IMG/VR virus record: IMGVR_UViG_3300026488_000026
Location: 14,937-78,936 of that record
DNA: 64,000 bases
Source of the DNA: a virus
Direction: 5' to 3' (one strand)
Part shown: positions 53,200-62,844 of the stretch, piece by piece
How positions within the stretch are numbered: the first letter of the stretch is position 1
How the letters are laid out: the number at the start of each line of letters is the position of its first letter
The notes under the pieces: model-generated
Seen by the model: the letters and a program-made list of their open reading frames with translations, nothing else
Databases searched by the model: none
What the model was told of the DNA's origin: nothing
Translations under genes and position numbers: made by a program

Positions 53200-55989
53200 T
53201 TAAGAACTACAACTTTCACAAACTTCTTTTTCTTCAGCTTTCATACTATTAGCATAATACAAAGTTTTTAAACCTAACCTTTCTGCCTCTACAATATCTT
53301 TAAATGCTTCAAAAGCACTATCTGGGTTTAAATAGAATGTATCTATACTTTGTGCTTGGTCAATAAAACATTGTCTTATTTGAGCTAATTCTAACAACCT
53401 TTTATTTGAAACTTGGTAAGCTGTTTGATACCATTGTCTAAATTTATTTAATTGAGGCACAATTTGTTTTCCTATTAAACTACCTTTTTTAATTGCAAAT
53501 AAACTTTTAGGAGGATTAATACTTTCTGTACTACCTCCTTTTATACTTAATGAGCTTGTAGCAGTAGGAGCTATCGCCAAATGTGTTGCAAATCTAACAC
53601 CATATTTTTCAATTTCTAAGCTTAATTCAGACCATCTCAAACTTTGCCAATTATCAGCATATTTTTTAAAAACTTCTTCATATTGCTTAATAGGTAACCA
53701 ACCTTTACTCCATTTTGTTTTGTTATACCATTCAAATTTACCTCTTTCTTTTGCCAATTCTACACTCGCACTATAAATATGATATGCAATATCTTCCATA
53801 ATATCAAATTGTAATTTTAATACTTTATCATCTGTAAATTTAGTTTTATTTTTAGCAAAATAATAAGCAAGATTAGATATACCAATCCCAATAGGTCTAT
53901 ACATTTTATTATGAATTTCTCCTTCCTTAACAGGATAAAATGACATATCAATCAAATTATCATGACTTCGTAATAAATTATAAATAACTTTTCTTTTTTC
54001 TTCTTCATCTAAATTCGACCATTCAACTACATTTATTGAACTTAAATTACATAAAGCAATTAAACCGTTTTTAAAAGTTTCTTTTATTTTAAACTCTTTT
54101 GTATCAAAATTTTGTATTATTTTTTGTGATTTTTTATAAGAAGGTTTTGTAGGTAAAACTATTTCTGAACAATTGCCTGTTAACACATTATTAAAAACAA
54201 GTTTATGATTTAAAGGTTCATTACCACAATATGTAGGAACTTTTTTATCTAATTTTTCTATTTTACCAACAACCCAATATTCGTCTTCCTTGTCAAGTCC
54301 ATTATGTTGTAAAATTTGATTTGGCTTTAAATCAATAGTTCTTACTTCTGTTCCATCTTTTAAATACCATTTATGATAACTTGTTGCGTCAATATGTGTA
54401 AAGTCTCTAATACTTCCATGTTCGTAATTAACAAAATCTAATTCTTTTTTATACAAATAAACTCTATAAACTTCTTGACCACTACCATCATCTGTTCTAA
54501 ATACTTCAGTTTCACTCCATCTCTCACCATTCCAACAAGTTACTTTATTAATTTTCATTTCTTCCACTAACTTACCAATTTCAATATTCCCAAATTCTTT
54601 TGTTAAAAGTTTTGTTTCATAACTAACACACAAATTACTTTGACCTATATATTCATTAAAAGGACTTTTTTCATTTACATTATCATCAAAAAACACATAA
54701 ATATTTCCTGTTTCAAGCCTTTCTCTCACTATTTCATAAGCCAAATCTCTTGCTTTTATTTTTTTCTTTCTTATACCACTTTTATTTTCATAGTATTTAT
54801 ACCATTTTTCAAATTCTTCACCATAATTTTCTAATAATTCTGGCGTTTCTTTTGGGTCAAATAAAGTTATCTCTTCGTTTTTTATCACTCTATCAATAAA
54901 CAATCTATTTAATTTTATTCCATATTGCAAACTTCTTGCTCTTTTAAATTCACTTCCCCCTTCGTTTTTTAACATTAATAAATCTTCAATTTCATAATGC
55001 CACCAATTAAAATAAACAGCACAAGCCCCTCTTCTTTTATTACCAGATTGCTTAAAACCTAAAATAGCAGTTTCAACCATTCTAATATAAGGAATAACAC
55101 CATCACTTTCTCCATTTTTACCAATTTTACTTCCTATTGCCCTAATAGGACTGACATCAACGGCAGTACCTCCTCCAAATTTAGAATATAAAGCTACTGA
55201 ACTAACTGTTCTTAAAATAGAATTTGTATCATCACCCATTGCAATTAAAACACAACTTGCCTCCATATCTTCGGCATTGTATCTTGGAGTTGCCTCAGTA
55301 ATAATACTTTCTGCCAAACTATCATATCTTTCTTTTATTAAGTTTATTCTTAATTCTTTAGACTCATACATAAAAGATTTAATCGCCAATCTCATAAAAG
55401 TGTGTTGTGGTAATTCAAGCCATTTATTTTTTGTATATTTTAAAGCATATCTACTCATAAAAGATTTAATGCCCAAACTTGTCATATAAAAATCTCTTTC
55501 TGGTTTAATATAATTACCTAACTCTTTTAACTCTTCTTCAGTAAAGTTTTCTTTTATTTTTTTGTAAATATCTATACCATATTTTACACCCTTATTAACC
55601 ACTTCTAAATAATCAGGATATTCATCTCTTTTTATTCCCCAAACTTCTTTATAATATTTTTGAACTAACAAATTCTTAGTCACATCATCCCAAATTAATT
55701 GCAATTCACTAATCTTATTTTCACATGTTTCAATGACAGTATCAAACAATTTACTTATATGTATTCTATCATAAATTTTTATTTGTGTATCTTGTAAAAC
55801 CTCATCAACTAACTTATTAATTATTTCTTTTGTAATAAATTTTTCATCCCACTTATAAAAGCCCTCTCTCAATGCCTTTTCAATAGCCCACTCTAAAACT
55901 TTTCTCATTTTTTCTTCATTATATTCTTCCTCTCTACCATCTCTTTTAATTACAATATGTTTTCTATTTTTTACAAGAGTAATCCCCAT
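53200..55989 (-). CDS. nrdA: Ribonucleotide reductase class I alpha subunit with intein
   Basis: ATP cone VIKRDG, SCVL, SNL/CSEI, CNL, APTATSS, TLYY, CESC. Confidence 0.95.
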   Translation of the reverse strand: MGITLVKNRKHIVIKRDGREEEYNEEKMRKVLEWAIEKALREGFYKWDEKFITKEIINKLVDEVLQDTQIKIYDRIHISKLFDTVIETCENKISELQLIWDDVTKNLLVQKYYKEVWGIKRDEYPDYLEVVNKGVKYGIDIYKKIKENFTEEELKELGNYIKPERDFYMTSLGIKSFMSRYALKYTKNKWLELPQHTFMRLAIKSFMYESKELRINLIKERYDSLAESIITEATPRYNAEDMEASCVLIAMGDDTNSILRTVSSVALYSKFGGGTAVDVSPIRAIGSKIGKNGESDGVIPYIRMVETAILGFKQSGNKRRGACAVYFNWWHYEIEDLLMLKNEGGSEFKRARSLQYGIKLNRLFIDRVIKNEEITLFDPKETPELLENYGEEFEKWYKYYENKSGIRKKKIKARDLAYEIVRERLETGNIYVFFDDNVNEKSPFNEYIGQSNLCVSYETKLLTKEFGNIEIGKLVEEMKINKVTCWNGERWSETEVFRTDDGSGQEVYRVYLYKKELDFVNYEHGSIRDFTHIDATSYHKWYLKDGTEVRTIDLKPNQILQHNGLDKEDEYWVVGKIEKLDKKVPTYCGNEPLNHKLVFNNVLTGNCSEIVLPTKPSYKKSQKIIQNFDTKEFKIKETFKNGLIALCNLSSINVVEWSNLDEEEKRKVIYNLLRSHDNLIDMSFYPVKEGEIHNKMYRPIGIGISNLAYYFAKNKTKFTDDKVLKLQFDIMEDIAYHIYSASVELAKERGKFEWYNKTKWSKGWLPIKQYEEVFKKYADNWQSLRWSELSLEIEKYGVRFATHLAIAPTATSSLSIKGGSTESINPPKSLFAIKKGSLIGKQIVPQLNKFRQWYQTAYQVSNKRLLELAQIRQCFIDQAQSIDTFYLNPDSAFEAFKDIVEAERLGLKTLYYANSMKAEEKEVCESCSS
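54172..54630 (-). mobile_element. Mini-intein (153 aa) at the NrdA catalytic Cys
   Basis: Starts CVSYET, block B ATSYH, ends VLTGN before +1 Cys; no LAGLIDADG domain. Confidence 0.92.
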
Positions 55990-55998
55990 AACAACTCC

Positions 55999-56919
55999 TT
56001 ATTTTAATTTATAAAATTTTTGTTCTTCATTTGTAGGATAATACAATTTATCAAAAATTTCAAGACTATCTTCAACTATTTTATCCATACTTTTTGTGGG
56101 CTTAATTGAAATTTGGATTTTAATTTCCTTTTGCTCATCTTCACTCAAATCTTTAAAACCTAAAGGCTTAAACAACAACATATTATACCTAAACATTTCA
56201 TCTAAATCAACAAATTTGTCGGGAATTTTATATCGTCCTTTTTTAACTAAATTAGCTAACCTATTCTTAATACAAGCTAATTCTCCTTTGCATTCATCAT
56301 AAATTTTCATATAAGATTTATGACCTAAACCTTTTAATCCTTTTATATTTTCTTTTCCTACACCACAAAAACAATCTTCAATAACTTTATCAAACCCTAA
56401 CTTATAACCAAATTCTTGTTCTAATTCGCTTGAATGAAATAACCTACCCCTATTCAAATGATAAAGCCATTGATTGCCCCAATTAGTATTCATTTCATTA
56501 AAAAATTTAAGCCAATCACTATCACTTGTAAAATAAATAAGATTATCCCCAACAAGATAATCCGTTAAAACACTTGCTAAATCATCAGCCTCTAAACCTT
56601 CAATTGCTACTACTCTACCAAAATTTCTTAAATAATTTTCAAGTTTTGAATAAAACTCATTTAGTTTTTTAACCTTTATTTCATAAGCTTCTCCTTGTTT
56701 TTTAATTAAATCTTTTCTTTGTGCTTTATATTCAGGGGCAATTTTAACTCTTTTACTTTGTCCCTTATCCATAACAAAAATAGGAATAACTTGATTGCCA
56801 AATTCTGTATTTAACATTCTTTTGGCAATCAAATCAGTAAATTTCAACAAATTTGTTTCTTTTCTATGAAACAAATAGTAAACTACTAACTTACTATCAA
56901 TTATTAATACATTTTTCAT
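55999..56919 (-). CDS. 5'-3' exonuclease/flap endonuclease
   Basis: LIID, PEYKAQR, EADD, SDSDW, GLKGLG.K. Confidence 0.9.
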   Translation of the reverse strand: MKNVLIIDSKLVVYYLFHRKETNLLKFTDLIAKRMLNTEFGNQVIPIFVMDKGQSKRVKIAPEYKAQRKDLIKKQGEAYEIKVKKLNEFYSKLENYLRNFGRVVAIEGLEADDLASVLTDYLVGDNLIYFTSDSDWLKFFNEMNTNWGNQWLYHLNRGRLFHSSELEQEFGYKLGFDKVIEDCFCGVGKENIKGLKGLGHKSYMKIYDECKGELACIKNRLANLVKKGRYKIPDKFVDLDEMFRYNMLLFKPLGFKDLSEDEQKEIKIQISIKPTKSMDKIVEDSLEIFDKLYYPTNEEQKFYKLK

Positions 56920-56921
56920 TT

Positions 56922-57269
56922 TTAACCTTCTAAATCATTAAAAGTTTCAAAAAAAGTAGCAATATAAATCAAATAATTCGTCCTATCAACACTTTTTAAT
57001 ACTTCTATTAAATCAATAAAAGAATTAATTTCAACTTCCTCCATTAATTCTAAAAAATGAACAAAACCATTTACCAAACATTCATTTTTATCAAGCATAC
57101 TTGAAAATAAAATAAATAAAGCAATTGTATCTTGCTCTAAAATAGCTTCTTTAAACGAAATTTCTTTGTTTTTATATTTTTCTACTAAAGCATCAAATTC
57201 TTCTTTACTAATACCATAAACTTCCCATAAATTTTCTGCATTAGGATTTACTATTTTTAAATCTCTCAT
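56922..57269 (-). CDS. Hypothetical protein, operon leader
   Basis: Conserved AAAGGAGAGAAAAATG leader. Confidence 0.7.
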   Translation of the reverse strand: MRDLKIVNPNAENLWEVYGISKEEFDALVEKYKNKEISFKEAILEQDTIALFILFSSMLDKNECLVNGFVHFLELMEEVEINSFIDLIEVLKSVDRTNYLIYIATFFETFNDLEG

Positions 57270-57301
57270 TTTTCTCTCCTTTATTTTTTTATTGCATTAA
57301 A

Positions 57302-57330
57302 ATTATAAAAAATTTTTTATAAAAAGTCAA
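57302..57330 (-). promoter_or_regulatory. sigma70 promoter with palindromic spacer
   Basis: TTGACT-17-TATAAT. Confidence 0.85.
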
Positions 57331-57424
57331 GAGAAATAAAGTAGATTGTTATATAGTAGTCTAATATAAAGAAAGTCCGAAATTTAGGGAGTTTTAAAAG
57401 GATTTTTGGATAGAATAAAAAAAT

Positions 57425-57443
57425 TTCTTTAAGGCTTCGGACA
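57425..57443 (+). repeat. Dispersed 19-bp element, copy 3
   Basis: TTCTTTAAGGCTTCGGACA followed by a second TTCGGACA. Confidence 0.9.
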
Positions 57444-57461
57444 CTTTCGGACAAAATTTAA

Positions 57462-57941
57462 TTAGTTAAGAAGTCCATATAAAGCAAGAGCATAAGCATC
57501 AACTAAATCATCAATTTTTTTATATTTTTCAGAAAACCTTTTAATAATAAGTTCAGGAGTATTATTAATCATATCTTCTTTTTTAGCTCTTCCATTTTTA
57601 GTATAAAACTTTTTCAAAGTAGTTGGAGGAACTAAAATAACCTCATAATGTTTTTTAAGACTATAATAAACACTACCAAGTAACATTGCTAAATCTACAA
57701 CTTTACCTTTTGAATGTAAAGAAATATCTTCAATAATAACTTTTGTAAAAATATCTCTGTGTTGTCTTACATATTTTTTTACTTTATTACTAACAATAAA
57801 AGCTCTTTCTTTTATATTTTTCCCTTCTGGGGCAATTAGTTTGAAATCTAATAAACCTCCTGAATTAGATAATACTACAATACCCGTATTTGTAGTAGAT
57901 AAATCTATTCCTATATAAAAATATTTTTGTTTCTCAAACAA
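57462..57941 (-). CDS. ruvC: RuvC-like Holliday junction resolvase
   Basis: IGIDLS...TG, IIE, P.TLKK..T.NGRAKK, DD.VDA. Confidence 0.88.
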   Translation of the reverse strand: MFEKQKYFYIGIDLSTTNTGIVVLSNSGGLLDFKLIAPEGKNIKERAFIVSNKVKKYVRQHRDIFTKVIIEDISLHSKGKVVDLAMLLGSVYYSLKKHYEVILVPPTTLKKFYTKNGRAKKEDMINNTPELIIKRFSEKYKKIDDLVDAYALALYGLLN

Positions 57942-57943
57942 AA

Positions 57944-58183
57944 TTAACTCCCAAAACTATCATCATAAACTATTTTTGCTTGTCCTCTTGCTTTTACATA
58001 TACTTTTTGATTTCCCGTATATCTAAAAAAATCCCCTACAATATAAGAAGCAACACTATCTTCATAAGTAGGCTCAGTATTTCCTATAAAAACTAAAACT
58101 TCCCCTTGTTGAACTTGAAAAACACAAGCACCACTTTTTAGTAACTCCCAAGTATTACCTGTTAGATTTTTTGAAACAGTCAT
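57944..58183 (-). CDS. Small virion protein (putative)
   Basis: beta-rich; late operon. Confidence 0.55.
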   Translation of the reverse strand: MTVSKNLTGNTWELLKSGACVFQVQQGEVLVFIGNTEPTYEDSVASYIVGDFFRYTGNQKVYVKARGQAKIVYDDSFGS

Positions 58184-58192
58184 TTAAACTCC

Positions 58193-58561
58193 TTATACTA
58201 ACTCTATTTGTAGAGTACCATTATCTATATAGAGTCTATATTTTTTAGTTGTATCGCTTCTATCCACTAAAACTAAACCTTTTGTTTCATTTACATAAAC
58301 TATATCTTCATTAACTTGTGTATTAGCCAAATTGCTTAAATCTGTGTTTGCTTTTGTATCTAAATCTGTTTGATAGGCTACATTTATATTATCTGCTTTT
58401 GATTTAAAATCAGCATCAGATACATTAGATAAATCTTTATTTGCTTTATTTGATACATCTGTAATTAAATCATTTAATTTAATAAAATTGTTATTGCAAA
58501 TAACTCTCCAAACTTTACTTCCAACTTCAATTGTTTCTACCCCATTAGATAAAATAGCCAT
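58193..58561 (-). CDS. Short fibre-like protein
   Basis: KAN.DLSN repeats; YRLYIDNGTL C-terminus. Confidence 0.6.
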   Translation of the reverse strand: MAILSNGVETIEVGSKVWRVICNNNFIKLNDLITDVSNKANKDLSNVSDADFKSKADNINVAYQTDLDTKANTDLSNLANTQVNEDIVYVNETKGLVLVDRSDTTKKYRLYIDNGTLQIELV

Positions 58562-58563
58562 TT

Positions 58564-58995
58564 TTATCCTTTTTTAATTAATTTTTGAAAGTGGCAAGTA
58601 TCTGGTGTTTTCCAAAATCCTCCCCATCTATTTAACGGACTTAAACTTTCCCAATAATCTCCAAAAATAGCTAAATCTTCTTTATCATAAGTTAAAACAT
58701 ACTTTCCTTGAATAGGTTTAAAAAAGTTTAAATCAATTGCTAATCTTTGTAAATGTTTAGAACTTTTAGTCCAACTAACTTTTTTATCTTTAACTAAACA
58801 AATAGGTCTAACAGTAGTTTCACACTCTTTCACTCTATAACCATAATAATACAATAATTGCATATCATAAGGTCTGTATAATTCTCCTCCTGTTATAATC
58901 CAACCTTTTCCTTGAACAAACTTAATAAGTTTTGCTAAATCACTTAAAAATTCATTTTGTAATTCAATTAATTTCATACATAACTCCTTAAACAA
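58564..58995 (-). CDS. Endolysin, M15 peptidase family
   Basis: GELYR, SKH...LAID, WGG.W..PD..HFQ. Confidence 0.9.
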   Translation of the reverse strand: MFKELCMKLIELQNEFLSDLAKLIKFVQGKGWIITGGELYRPYDMQLLYYYGYRVKECETTVRPICLVKDKKVSWTKSSKHLQRLAIDLNFFKPIQGKYVLTYDKEDLAIFGDYWESLSPLNRWGGFWKTPDTCHFQKLIKKG

Positions 58996-61189
58996 CTAAT
59001 GCTTTTATTTTATTGCTTTTATATGTATCTTTATACACACTTTCAACATATATATCGTTAGCATTATAACCACTGATATCTAACTCAATGATTGTATCCT
59101 CAGGAACAGGGTCATAAGTCATAATTAGATTATTTCCTTCATATATATTAAATTTTAAATAATCTTCAGTATTTTTTTCACTATCGCCAGCTGTAATTGT
59201 GTCACAATCTTGTAAATCACCACTTAAATCTCCTCTTAAAGCCTCAGAAAAATACAATTTATTTTCAGAGGCTTTAACATAAACATTTGCTGGAGGTAAA
59301 GGCTTAAAAACAAAAGAATCTTCAATAGTTTTTTCTAAATCTACTTTTTCTGAAGCATTATAAAGATTTCTATACCAAAAGGAGTATTTTAAATCAAAAG
59401 TGTTTTCAGAAATATTAACTAAATTTTTAAAATAATTAATATAAATCCAAACTTTTGACCCAGCAGGATGTGAAGATTTATTACCATTTAAGTTTCTAAT
59501 CAACCCTTTAAAAATAGCTGTATTTGTAACACTATCATAAAACACTTCTTTTATACTAATTAACTCATTATCTACTAACATAACTATTCTTAATTTTTGC
59601 CAATCCTCATCATTTAATGTAGTAGAATATAAATACCCTTCTATATCTCTAACTTTAATTTTAGTTACTAAGTCTAACTCATCTCCATCATTAAAACTTT
59701 CATCTAAAATACCATAAACTAAAAAATCACCATTAAAAATTCTACCATCTGTTTTATCTTGAACTCTAAAACCAGAAATAATTTCATTAGTATCAGGCTT
59801 TGAACATACGGGAACAACATTATAAGTTCTTTGAGTAACATTAGGCATATACAACAAGTTATTTAAAGGTATTAAATCATAATGTTGTGGAGTAGAATAA
59901 ATGTGGTAAACTTTTAAATTACCTATTCCAGCATCTGAATCAGAATACAAATTATTCAAAACGGGAACTCTATATATATCTTCAATTGCTTCAATTTCAA
60001 TATAAGTTTGCCATTCTTTATCTCCACCTATTTTTATAATTCTAAAAAACATTTCTGGTATTTTTAAATCTGGCATATTTACTTTTACTAATTGTCCTAC
60101 ATGTATAGCTGGAAAATCCATAAAATTTAATTTTGCTTTTAAAGTTGAAAGAGGTTTTCCGTTTTTTTGAATTATTTTTTGGGCAACAATATTCATTGTA
60201 TCTGGGTTTGATATTAATTGAAAAGTATAAGTTTTTGGTTTTTCATACCCTAAAACTTGAACAAGAGCTTCATTTTTAATAGTAAAACTTTCCGTTAAAC
60301 CTGTTAATACATTTGAATATTTAAAAGTAAAAGTTGTTAAAACATTAGACCAATCCCCTGTTTTTATTGAAACATCGTTTGTATTATACTCATTAAGTTC
60401 TATTGGAGTTTCGTCTTCTCTATACCTAATTAAGTATAATTTCCATTTATTGTCAATAACAGAAAAATATAAAACACCATCAATTACTCTTAATATTTCC
60501 TTTATCCAATCTACAACATTATGTTCTCTTGTCATAACAAAAGAAATTCCAAATTTTTCACTCTTTAAAGTATTAGCACACTCTAAAAAACTTTCCTTGT
60601 CTATATCATTAGCGTTTATACCTAAATAACCTACAAGCAAATCATAAATAACAGAAACGGGATTTATATCATAACCTATTCTATTTTGACAATTGTTAAT
60701 ATCTGAACAAGGCAACAAATTGTAATTTAAAGCCCATCTTGACAATCTAAACTTATAATTAGGAATTTGTGTAGTATTATCTCCAACAAAAGCATTATCA
60801 AACAAAGCACAAGCAATTCCGTTTATTTTTGCTTGTTGTGGAATAGGATAATCAAGTTCAAAAACCTTATTATGTGTTGGTAAATTAGAATTTGTATAAA
60901 CTCTTAAAGAAGACACTTCGCTTATATCAGAAGCATATACTTCTCCTTTTTTACCTGTAACAACATTTAATAAATAATAAGAGGGATTACCACTAACACC
61001 AGAACTTCTTGCTGAAGTATTAATGTTTCCAACCCCGCCACTTGCAAAATTATCAAGATAATCAATAGTCCCTTGCCAAGAATAACCACTTAATAAATCA
61101 AAACTTTCTACTAAAGCATAAGCCATTGAAAGGGTATAACCATAACCAACAGTTTGACAACCACCGCCACCTTTTCCTCCACCACCCAT
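58988..61189 (-). CDS. Central tail tip/hub protein
   Basis: MGGGGKGGG start, DINPV..IYDLL, L.SE.FGIS, LIR. Confidence 0.85.
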   Translation of the reverse strand: MGGGGKGGGGCQTVGYGYTLSMAYALVESFDLLSGYSWQGTIDYLDNFASGGVGNINTSARSSGVSGNPSYYLLNVVTGKKGEVYASDISEVSSLRVYTNSNLPTHNKVFELDYPIPQQAKINGIACALFDNAFVGDNTTQIPNYKFRLSRWALNYNLLPCSDINNCQNRIGYDINPVSVIYDLLVGYLGINANDIDKESFLECANTLKSEKFGISFVMTREHNVVDWIKEILRVIDGVLYFSVIDNKWKLYLIRYREDETPIELNEYNTNDVSIKTGDWSNVLTTFTFKYSNVLTGLTESFTIKNEALVQVLGYEKPKTYTFQLISNPDTMNIVAQKIIQKNGKPLSTLKAKLNFMDFPAIHVGQLVKVNMPDLKIPEMFFRIIKIGGDKEWQTYIEIEAIEDIYRVPVLNNLYSDSDAGIGNLKVYHIYSTPQHYDLIPLNNLLYMPNVTQRTYNVVPVCSKPDTNEIISGFRVQDKTDGRIFNGDFLVYGILDESFNDGDELDLVTKIKVRDIEGYLYSTTLNDEDWQKLRIVMLVDNELISIKEVFYDSVTNTAIFKGLIRNLNGNKSSHPAGSKVWIYINYFKNLVNISENTFDLKYSFWYRNLYNASEKVDLEKTIEDSFVFKPLPPANVYVKASENKLYFSEALRGDLSGDLQDCDTITAGDSEKNTEDYLKFNIYEGNNLIMTYDPVPEDTIIELDISGYNANDIYVESVYKDTYKSNKIKALVV

Positions 61190-61198
61190 ATTATTCCT

Positions 61199-61417
61199 TT
61201 AACTACAAGCTTCTATTTCATAAGATTTTAAATTTCCATACCAAATAACATTACCACTAACCCAACAAGTTCCATATAAAATAGGAATACTCCGCGAATT
61301 AGAATTTGTTGGAAAAGAAAAATCATTCAATCCAGCACTTTCAGCATTTTGATTTATTTGTGGAACAGGTATTAACAAATATACTAAAATTAAAATTACT
61401 GCTACTACTATTAACAT
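61199..61417 (-). CDS. Small tail assembly protein
   Basis: DFSFPT....SIPILYGT...GNVIWYG. Confidence 0.8.
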   Translation of the reverse strand: MLIVVAVILILVYLLIPVPQINQNAESAGLNDFSFPTNSNSRSIPILYGTCWVSGNVIWYGNLKSYEIEACS

Positions 61418-61443
61418 TGTTAATGGGTCTATTTTAGCCTCCT

Positions 61444-62187
61444 TTAAAAACCTTCTGAATATAAATTTTTATTTGGTATATAAGGAAAACCACCAAATCT
61501 TTTCGCATTATTATAAGCAATACAATCGTTTAATGTTTTCGTACAACCAGCATATACATTTATATGACTTATATCGGTAAAAAATATAGGTTTTAATAAA
61601 GTAATTGTTCCACTACTTTTATTATAATCCATAATAAATTGTTTTTCGTCCTTAGATGTTACAATATACCCAGAAATTAAATTAAAAGATAAATCTTTTA
61701 ACAAATCACTTACAATAGTATCGGCTCGTGGCATTTCATATGTACCTGATGCAAGAGTTACCTTATAATTTGCTAAATTTAAACCGCAATTTTCATCACA
61801 AAAATTAAAACTACAATAACGACTATAACTTCTTTTTGGTATAGTAACATCTTTTAAAATATATTTTGAGCCAATTGTTACTTTAACTATTCTTTTAACA
61901 TAATTAAAATCACAAGTTAAAACACTACCCTCAAAAAAAACAAAATTTTGCGGATATTTTTTTATTTTTATTGTAGCTAATTTAACATTAGGGTTTGTAA
62001 CAAAATAAGCAAAAGGTTGAGCATCTATCGGAAAAGTAACAATAGCCCCATTTGTATCAACAGTCAAATTAATTTCATTTCTTTCAATCGGAATTGCTCT
62101 ATAAGTAATTCCGTTAAAAAATAAATCTTCCGCCCCACTACAATAAAAATAAGTTTTACCCATATAATAAATTTCATATAGTTCCAT
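61444..62187 (-). CDS. Tail tip protein (DUF2163/BR0599-like, Fe-S)
   Basis: C.......CG, GC.KT...C, FGGFPYIP. Confidence 0.88.
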   Translation of the reverse strand: MELYEIYYMGKTYFYCSGAEDLFFNGITYRAIPIERNEINLTVDTNGAIVTFPIDAQPFAYFVTNPNVKLATIKIKKYPQNFVFFEGSVLTCDFNYVKRIVKVTIGSKYILKDVTIPKRSYSRYCSFNFCDENCGLNLANYKVTLASGTYEMPRADTIVSDLLKDLSFNLISGYIVTSKDEKQFIMDYNKSSGTITLLKPIFFTDISHINVYAGCTKTLNDCIAYNNAKRFGGFPYIPNKNLYSEGF

Positions 62188-62844
62188 CTAACCTTCCTTA
62201 AATAAACCTAATTTTTTATAATGTGCTATTGTGATTTCTTTAAAACTAAAAGTTACTTTTCCTCTTACCAAATCTATAAAATCAAAAGTAATATCGTCTT
62301 TACTTGAACTACCTAAAAACATAAAATAAAAACTTTTACATTCTTGTAAAGAAATATAAGAAGGAAAAGGGTCAAAAGTAATATATTTTCCTATTTTCTT
62401 ATAAGTCTCTCTGACATCAAAACCTAAATCGGCAACATCAATAATCTGTGTTGCAAAATTAATTTCAGGAACAAAAATAAATAAAGGTCTGTAATCTAAC
62501 ATTATATTAAATAAAGGTAATTCGGCTTTAAAACTACTATTACCTTTTTTAATATCTTCTTTTAATTGAATTTCAGTATTATAACTATAAAACCAAAAAA
62601 ATTCTTTTTTTCCTTTAATATCAATAAAAAAATCTCTAATAGCTTTCATTTCCTCATAATTATCAAATTTTAAAGTAATACTTTCCGTATAATATTCACT
62701 TTCATTAAATAAAAACATTTCTTTATTGTATGGTTTACCAAGTAAAATTCTATTGTGTGTTATCGTTTTACTTATTGAATTTAAAGGTAAAAATTCTTTA
62801 GGAAAAATTAAAAAATCTCTATATGTTTGAATAGTATAACTCAT
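62188..62844 (-). CDS. Distal tail/virion protein
   Basis: FF...KGK...FW motif; position in tail module. Confidence 0.65.
   Translation of the reverse strand: MSYTIQTYRDFLIFPKEFLPLNSISKTITHNRILLGKPYNKEMFLFNESEYYTESITLKFDNYEEMKAIRDFFIDIKGKKEFFWFYSYNTEIQLKEDIKKGNSSFKAELPLFNIMLDYRPLFIFVPEINFATQIIDVADLGFDVRETYKKIGKYITFDPFPSYISLQECKSFYFMFLGSSSKDDITFDFIDLVRGKVTFSFKEITIAHYKKLGLFKEG

Noticed and set aside
8632-56302. Other short antisense or nested ORFs (e.g. 8632, 9443, 14425, 17345, 41615, 44417, 50049, 54640, 56096)
   Set aside because: Overlap well-supported genes, lack RBS, and have biased composition
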